Origin: Klebsormidium nitens
Lineage: Eukaryota > Plantae > Klebsormidiophyceae
Direction of reading: 5' to 3'
Assembly (NCBI GenBank): GCA_000708835.1
Contig: DF237731.1
Coordinates: forward strand, 1 to 33,436
DNA: 33,436 bases
Part shown: positions 27,370 through 33,436 of the stretch, in pieces
Numbering within the stretch: position 1 is the first letter of the stretch
Layout: every line of letters starts with the position of its first letter
Program-made: the position numbers and the translations under genes
The notes under the pieces: generated by a model
What the model saw: only the letters and a program-made list of their open reading frames with translations
Told to the model about the DNA's origin: nothing
Database searches by the model: none

Positions 27370-27976
27370 TTTTAGAGAATGCCCCAGCTAGCACTGTCCT
27401 TAAAACCTCTCGCGCTTTACTTTGGCTAGAAGTTAGAACCTGCGTACAACTTGGCGCTTTTGAGATGGCCACCTTCCAATTTTCCTGCTATCGTAGCTAC
27501 CCCGAGCTAAAAACGTGCCCTGGAATTTCTGCGACTCGTGGCGGAGCTCCTTCTTTTGCTGATCTGCAGATCAGATCTCAGAGTCACAGTGGCACTGGAA
27601 CTTTGCCACTGCGGCGGTAGCCCCACTACAGGCTACAGCGTACCGTGCTGTCGGCGTAGGTACCTACGTCTGGTCTCAGCACGGCTGACCGAGTACGAGT
27701 ATTTCTGGCGGTTTGACACAGCCCAATCTTTTGTCCCCCAATGGACAATGTGTGTCAAACAAACCTTCGGAAACGCCGACGCCACATCGATCAAACCAAA
27801 AGACCATCGACCGAAAAACTCCCGAGTGCCACTGATTTTAGGGTTTCTCTAGTCCTACGGTAGGTAGCGCTAGGGTTGCAGAGGTTGCACTTGCAGCTAC
27901 GGTAGGTTGACCGTTTACAGGTCCCATGGCATTGCTTGTCGCTTCGTAGGTTCTGTAGGAACAAATCTGAGGTTGC
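27370..27976. promoter_or_regulatory. Divergent promoter region shared by IQD and UTP5
   Basis: Head-to-head arrangement. Contains a telo-box, two GGTAGGT motifs and a 14-bp palindrome. Confidence 0.65.
27836..27846. promoter_or_regulatory. Telo-box (TTTTAGGGTTT, reverse complement contains AAACCCTA) upstream of UTP5
   Basis: Exact AAACCCTA on the minus strand 130 nt before the UTP5 ATG. Telo-boxes are established elements of plant translation and ribosome-biogenesis genes. Confidence 0.6.
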
Positions 27977-30900
27977 ATGGATTCCTCAGGAGCTGCCCCG
28001 TTGGAGGGTCTTCTGGCAGCCTTCAGCCCTGAGGGGGACACTCTGGCCGTCACCTCTGGAGATGGCCGGATCAAGGTGAGCGCCCCCTTGGTCGCGAGTG
28101 TCACCTGCAGGGGTGCTTGACTTGCAGTTTGCGTAATGCTGGCCCCTGCGGCTGCCCCTCTTCCTGCTTCACAGCTGGAGGCATCCCTGCATCATCTGAG
28201 TGTCATCATTCTCCCTGCAGACCTGGGACGTGAGCAGCGGCCGTCTCCGCGCAGATCTGGCTGCTGGAGATGCAACCATTACCAAAGCAGCTGCAGGAAC
28301 ACCGGGGGGCCTAGGCCTGCATATCAGTGCACTCACATGGGGCCAGGGGCCCGCTGCCAAGGCTGCCAAGGTGAGGCTGGGCCCAGTGCGCGCATGGAAA
28401 CTTGTTGGCTGCTCATTTGGTGCTGCACCCCTTGGTGGAGGGACGGGCCGTCAGGCAGGGCTGCTGCGTGGGCGTGAAGCGTGATGGTAATGGTGCACCG
28501 ATGGAGTAATCGCTAAGTGACGTTTGTTGCCCGCAGAAGAAGAAGGCGCGAGCGCCACCGCCTCTCATTGCTGCTGCGTCCAGCACGGGGGACGTTTTGG
28601 CGTGGGATGCGGCGCTGGGCGAGCTGCGGTGGCGCACCACCGCGGTCCATGCTGGGCCGGTGGGCGCCCTGGCGGCGGGGCCCCAGGGGGCGGTGGTGTA
28701 CACCGGGGGCGCAGACGGGCGGGTGTGCCAGCTGGCGGCGGCCACGGGGGCGCTCCTGGCGCAGGACCGCCTAGAGCGCCATGGGGTGGCTGCACTTGCC
28801 GTCTCCCCAGGTAAGCCCACACTTAGCCGAGTGCGGCATACGAGGGTCCTGCTTGCGTGTGCCAGGCTGTGCTTCTGGCGCTCTCTCGCCGGCGCGGGCC
28901 CCCAGCTGATGCGGGGGGTGGCTGCTGTGCAGACGGGGCGCGCCTGCTGGTGGCGAGCGCGCGCATCCGCCTGGTGGACTTAGCCAGCAAGAGGAAGCTG
29001 CGCAAGCTGGCGGGGCACGCGGTGAGGCCCCCTCGCCGCTCCCTAGCCCACTCTCAAGGCGGGCTTGGTGTCTCGGCAGACCATGATAATTTTGGTCTTG
29101 CAGGGCGGCCCACATTGTCAGTTGTCTCATTGCTTCGCTGCTCTACTTACTTCGTTTGCTGTGCGTTTGCTGTGCTTTGATGGTCATCACACTGTTGTGC
29201 ACTGGTGCAGGGCCGCGTACGTGCGCTGGCTTATACCCCCGACGGTGCATACGGCCTGAGTGCCGCAGCCGGGGACCGCCATGTGGCGCTGTGGGATCTG
29301 AGCGATGAGCGCAGCGATGGCGGCGTGCAGCCCGCCGCGGCGCTGCTGGCCATGGAGGAGCCGGCGGTGGCAGTGAGCTGCGCTGCGGGGCCTGCGCACA
29401 GGGGGGTGACCATTGTGGCGCTGGCGCAGAACGGGGATGCGTACGTGTGGCGCGGCGAGGGGGGGCTGGGGGCCGCCGCTGCGGCGCCCACACGGATCAG
29501 GTAGGTCTTTGCTGCGTGAGGAGATAATTTGCGGGTTGAGACTGGGGGCGAAAGCCCTCTCATGATTGTCTCTGGCTGAGGTGAGCTCTGTTGGATTTGC
29601 ACCGCCCTTTCCGATGTGGCAGATATGAGCAACAGGGCTCAGCGCAATTGGCCGCATGCCCCGGCTCCTGCAGTCACCTTGTAAGACGCCCAATGGTTCA
29701 TCATGCGTGTGCCCCTGCCTCTTTGCAGGTCGGGTGGACAGCGGTCGGCGGCAGAGTCCAGCGGTGCCGTGCTTGCGGCATGCGCGCTGGAGGGGGGCTC
29801 TGTGCTGCTGGCTCACGGGTCTGCCGCCTCCCCCTCGTTTGAGACTGTCCCTGCCAGCCGGCTGGTCGGGGGGCAGGTCACGCTGAGCCCCCCCCTGCAG
29901 AATGGGCTGTTGGAGGATGGGGCCACGCCGGCAGCGCGCACGAGCAGGGAGGCAGGTGAGGCGGGGTGCCAGGGCACTGCTGCAAGAGTCCCCCAAAAGC
30001 AGGGGGTGGACCCCCATGTGTGGCGCTGCAGGTCTCTGGCTTGCCTCTGCCATGCCCTCTTTTTGCGGGATCTCATGCAGCTGGGGCGCATGCAGGCACA
30101 CCAGCGGTGGTGGGCCCCGACAGCGGCGGTGGAGGGGTGTCGGCTGTGCTGCACGAGCGCGATGCCGGCAGGGCGGGGAAGCAGGGCAGGAAGAAGCGCA
30201 GGGCAGAGGACGAGGCAGGGGCGGCGGGGGCGGAGCCCGCCACGAGGGCCGAGTGGGAGGTGGAAGAGGGCGACGCGCAGGAGGGGCCGCGGGGTGGGCG
30301 GGCGAGGGCGGGGCGGAGGAGAAGGGAGGAGACGGNNNNNNNNNNNNNNNNNNNNNNNNNNNNNNNNNNNNNNNNNNNNNNNNNNNNNNNNNNNNNNNNN
30401 NNNNNNNNNNNNGGAGGGCGGCGGGGGCGGGAGGGGCGGGGGCGGGGCGGAGGAGAAGGAGGAGACGCTGGGGGAGCGCGTGGCCGCGCTGGAGCTGGCG
30501 GGGGCGGCGGGGGGCAGCGGGAGGCAGGACGAGGTGGCAGGGGGAGCGGCAGGGAGCAGTGCTCCACGCGCGCACTCGCTACAGGTGCTGTTGACGCAGG
30601 CGCTGGCCTCGCAGGACGGGCAGCTCCTGGAAAAGTGCCTAGCGGTGGGCGATGAAAAGGTGAGCCGGGCGAGGGAGGGAACAGGCAGCGAGGGAGCCGT
30701 CTCTGCATCATGCTGCAAGCAGAGGTTGCCTTCTCGCTCCTGCTCTTGCTCCTTGGCGCCCTTGGTGCGGAGGTCCCCTTGAGGCGCCGGTGCTGACCCT
30801 GGGTGCCCCGTCCCCACACCCCGCAGGTGATTGGCAACACGGTGCGGCGGCTGCGCGCCAGCGATGCAGCGGCGCTGCTGGCCAGCCTGACGGCCAAGCT

Positions 30901-31536
30901 GCAGGCGCGGCCCAGCCGGGGGATGACGCTGCTGCCCTGGATCCGCGCCGCACTGCTCCAGGTGACCCACGCAGCGCCGGGCCCCTTCGGGTGCCGTCGC
31001 TCTCTCGGTGGGGGCAGTAGCTCAGTATGGCACAGCATCTGCCGGACATGGGCCGTTGGGGTCTGCAAATGACCTCTTAGAATTCGACAGATGCGGATGC
31101 TCGCGTGGGTCGTTGTTGCTGACCCTGCGGCTCTCCCGTGTGTCTGGTGCAGCATGCTGGCACGCTGATGGCAGCCCCCGGCGCGCAGCCCAGCCTCCTG
31201 GCCCTGCACCAGCTGATTGACGCGCGGCTGGCCGTCTTCCCCCCGCTGCTGGCTCTGTCCGGGAGGCTGGACCTCATGATGGCGCAAGTGGCGGCGTTCT
31301 CTGATGCGCACCACGGCAGCGGCGGGGCCAGCGCACTCGATGCTGGCACTGCCGTGTACGAGGAGGGCCACAGTGATGAGGAGGGGGACGCGGAGGGGGT
31401 GGTGGAGGAGGTGGGCGACATGGAGACGTCGGACAGCGACGCAGCAGGGGGCGCGGAGGACGAGGAGACCGGGGACTGGGAGACGGACGACGAGGACGAC
31501 GACGAGGACGACGACGACAACGACGAGGGACCGTGA
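27977..31536 (+). CDS. UTP5: U3 snoRNP / SSU processome WD40 protein UTP5 (WDR43) with C-terminal Utp12-type domain and acidic tail, 9 exons
   Basis: Exons (plus strand): 27977-28075, 28221-28370, 28537-28810, 28933-29021, 29211-29500, 29729-29955, 30096-30659 (spans the N-gap), 30827-30961, 31153-31536. Motifs: AFSPEGDTLAVTSGDGRIKTWD, WD repeats (GHAGRVRALAYTPDG, DRHVALWD), EETLGERVAAL, SLQVLLTQALASQDGQLLEKCL, LLPWIRAALLQHAG, LSGRLDLMMAQ and a D/E-rich tail. The frame changes across the gap, consistent with a wrong gap length. Confidence 0.88.
30336..30412. other. Assembly gap (77 N) in a G-rich stretch of UTP5 exon 7
   Basis: Run of n from 30336 to 30412. Confidence 1.
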
Positions 31537-33257
31537 GAGGCCTGCAGGGACGGGATGAACGGATGCGGGACTCAGGCGTCCCCATAAGCTTACTAACCCG
31601 CTTCAACTGCTAGGGGGCTCGGAACCATTGGGTGACCTTGCTCCATGTGTTCAAGCAAGCATCGCCGTATAGTAAGAATTATTGAAACCCGGGCCCCATG
31701 CAGCTGGGCGACAACTTCGTTCGTGCTCAATTTGCAACAGGTAGATTCGACAGTGATAGTTGATCACATGCGTTTTGCTGGCGCTCAATTTTGTCGCTCA
31801 TCCCGCGTCCACTTTTTCATTTCAAATTTGAACGGCCTTCTTTCCAATCCGCCGTGTTGCCTTGCAATCTTGTTTCAGCGGCGGCTTATAAGACCGCATC
31901 TACATGTGTAGGCAAAATGCAACTATAAGGCCCGGATTTTTGTACTGTGAATCATAAAAGTTTCTTGTTGGAGCTAGCCGTATGATGTATGTAACAAATT
32001 ATGAGTTTAAGCGGTACTATAGTAATGCATAAAGGAGCTCGATCGTTGAATCAATGATCTATGACTGATGTCCGTCGAATTGAACATGATATGTACGTCA
32101 GAACATGGCGGCCTATAGGCAAATATGCTTCAATGCATGTGGCGGCCGGTGAGCTTGCGACTCTAGATCGTGCATCTTGACTCCTCAAAGGAAATGTTAA
32201 AGGTCGCGCCGGCCGAAAGCAATGGCGGAGCGCGCCCGGCCCTTGATCCAAACGTATGTGATGTAGTAAATGTGATCTGATGATCTCTTCGATCATTTCA
32301 ATTGAACGCGCCGTAGCCACAGTGACATGGCGGTAATCGGACTCTATGCCTACTACTATGCTTACTACTATGCTTACATACTTTGATGGATCAGTTCATG
32401 ATTGTTCGAGGAAGTACAAATGCCTAGTTTGCTGCCGAACCGTACCGTCTACAAGCCACCGTCGGGACGTACGGTACCGGCCCTCCTTGCACCGCGATCA
32501 ATCTGCATGGACTCGAAATTCGGGCCCGTTGCAACGAGCCCGAATTTTGCAACTGCCACAATCAATCTAAATAGTACATATATTGCCCGGCGCCACATAC
32601 AATCCAAATAAATGATAATATTAGCTACCGTGACTGATTGATCGGACGGCCGTTCAGCTAATGATGCCAGCGCTTGCATGACCGGACTCAGTGACAGCTT
32701 TACGCGCGGCTTGCATGCACAGATGCAGCATGTGACACGATATGCTAACCTACCTATAGCTGCTGCTAGCTCGGGCAACTTGGCAAATTGGCAATTACTC
32801 ATATGCCAAAGCTAGTCCGGTACGGTCACGCCCTTACAAAAACTTACGGCCGGTTCATTGAATCAATGTGTATAGGCTTGGCTCGATGTGTAAATACATA
32901 TACGTACGCATGCGCGCGCATATATAATACATTTAACATTCGGTCACAGTATTGCATGAAATCCGTTGATTTAAAGAACTAGAAGAACTGCAGATTCAAG
33001 AGCTGGCTTTCAAAACCATATAATGCTTGTGCTATTACACGTGCATGCCGCTTACCATGATGTTCATTGTTTTTATGCATGTTAGTACGCGTCATGACGC
33101 GTACTAACCTCTAGGCCGTCAGCAAATGCATGTTTGGGTACCTTTCTATTATACCGGCCACAACTTCAATTTGAAATTCATGACCTCGACAAATTATCAA
33201 TGAAGTCACACTCTGTGTGCGCTTTTTGAATCTGCCAAAATCGCGAAATCTGGACGG

Positions 33258-33273
33258 TAGGGTTTTAGGGTTT
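33258..33273 (+). repeat. Detached telomere-like seed TAGGGTTTTAGGGTTT
   Basis: Two telomeric units separated from the main array by 31 bp of non-telomeric sequence. Confidence 0.75.
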
Positions 33274-33304
33274 CCGTAATTTTCGGATATGACGTCATCT
33301 TGCG

Positions 33305-33436
33305 TTTTCAAGGGTTTTAGGGTTTTAGGGTTTTAGAGTTTTAGGGTTTTAGGGTTTTTTGGGTTTTAGGGTTTTTGGGTTTTTGGGTTTTTAGGGTTTT
33401 AGGGTTTTAGGGTTTAAGGGTTTTAGGGTTTTAGGG
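33305..33436 (+). repeat. Telomeric repeat array, TTTTAGGG type, running to the window end
   Basis: After a degenerate first unit TTTTCAAGGG there are 15 units: 9 exact TTTTAGGG plus TTTTAGAG, TTTTTTGGG, TTTTTGGG (x2), TTTTTAGGG and TTTAAGGG. The G-rich strand points toward the end, as expected for a right chromosome end. Confidence 0.95.

Noticed and set aside
27275-27472. ORF ...KAREVLRTVLAGAFSKSK as the first coding exon of IQD
   Set aside because: It has a GTG start and its GTAAGT donor is phase 1, incompatible with the next coding exon. [12 protein letters not shown] at 27007 joins in phase 0 and fits IQD N-termini.
32351-32378. 12-bp tandem TACTACTATGCT (about 2.3 copies)
   Set aside because: Too short to interpret; ordinary slippage in decayed subtelomeric DNA.
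33289-33298. Palindrome ATGACGTCAT (CRE-like) next to the telomere
   Set aside because: A single 10-bp palindrome with no nearby gene start; expected occasionally by chance.

Overview
Eukaryotic, intron-rich, GC-rich genomic DNA that ends in a telomere (TTTTAGGG-type array, 33305-33436). The gene content (IQ67-domain IQD gene, plant-type SEC3, SnRK2-derived kinase) points to a streptophyte, most plausibly a streptophyte alga; the species cannot be determined from this window. Five spliced genes were reconstructed by hand with frame-consistent splice sites: NADP-type glutamate dehydrogenase (-, 16 exons, 475 aa), exocyst SEC3 (-, 15 exons, 892 aa), a SnRK2-derived predicted pseudokinase (+, 2 exons, 377 aa), an IQD protein (-, 13 coding exons, about 712 aa) and UTP5/WDR43 (+, 9 exons, crossing an N-gap). 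SEC3/kinase and IQD/UTP5 are head-to-head pairs. Intergenic DNA is more AT-rich and holds a clean 277-bp MITE and decayed TE-like fragments. The two strongest candidates for novelty are (1) an IQD carrying two tandem, exon-encoded C4 zinc-finger-like modules that are identical over 42 aa and differ only by synonymous changes, and (2) an intact SnRK2-like protein that has lost the beta3 Lys, the DFG Asp, the catalytic-loop Asn and the activating Ser but keeps the SnRK2 box. Most ORFs in the supplied track are shadow ORFs of GC-rich exons and introns. Family assignments rest on remembered motifs; no database search was run.
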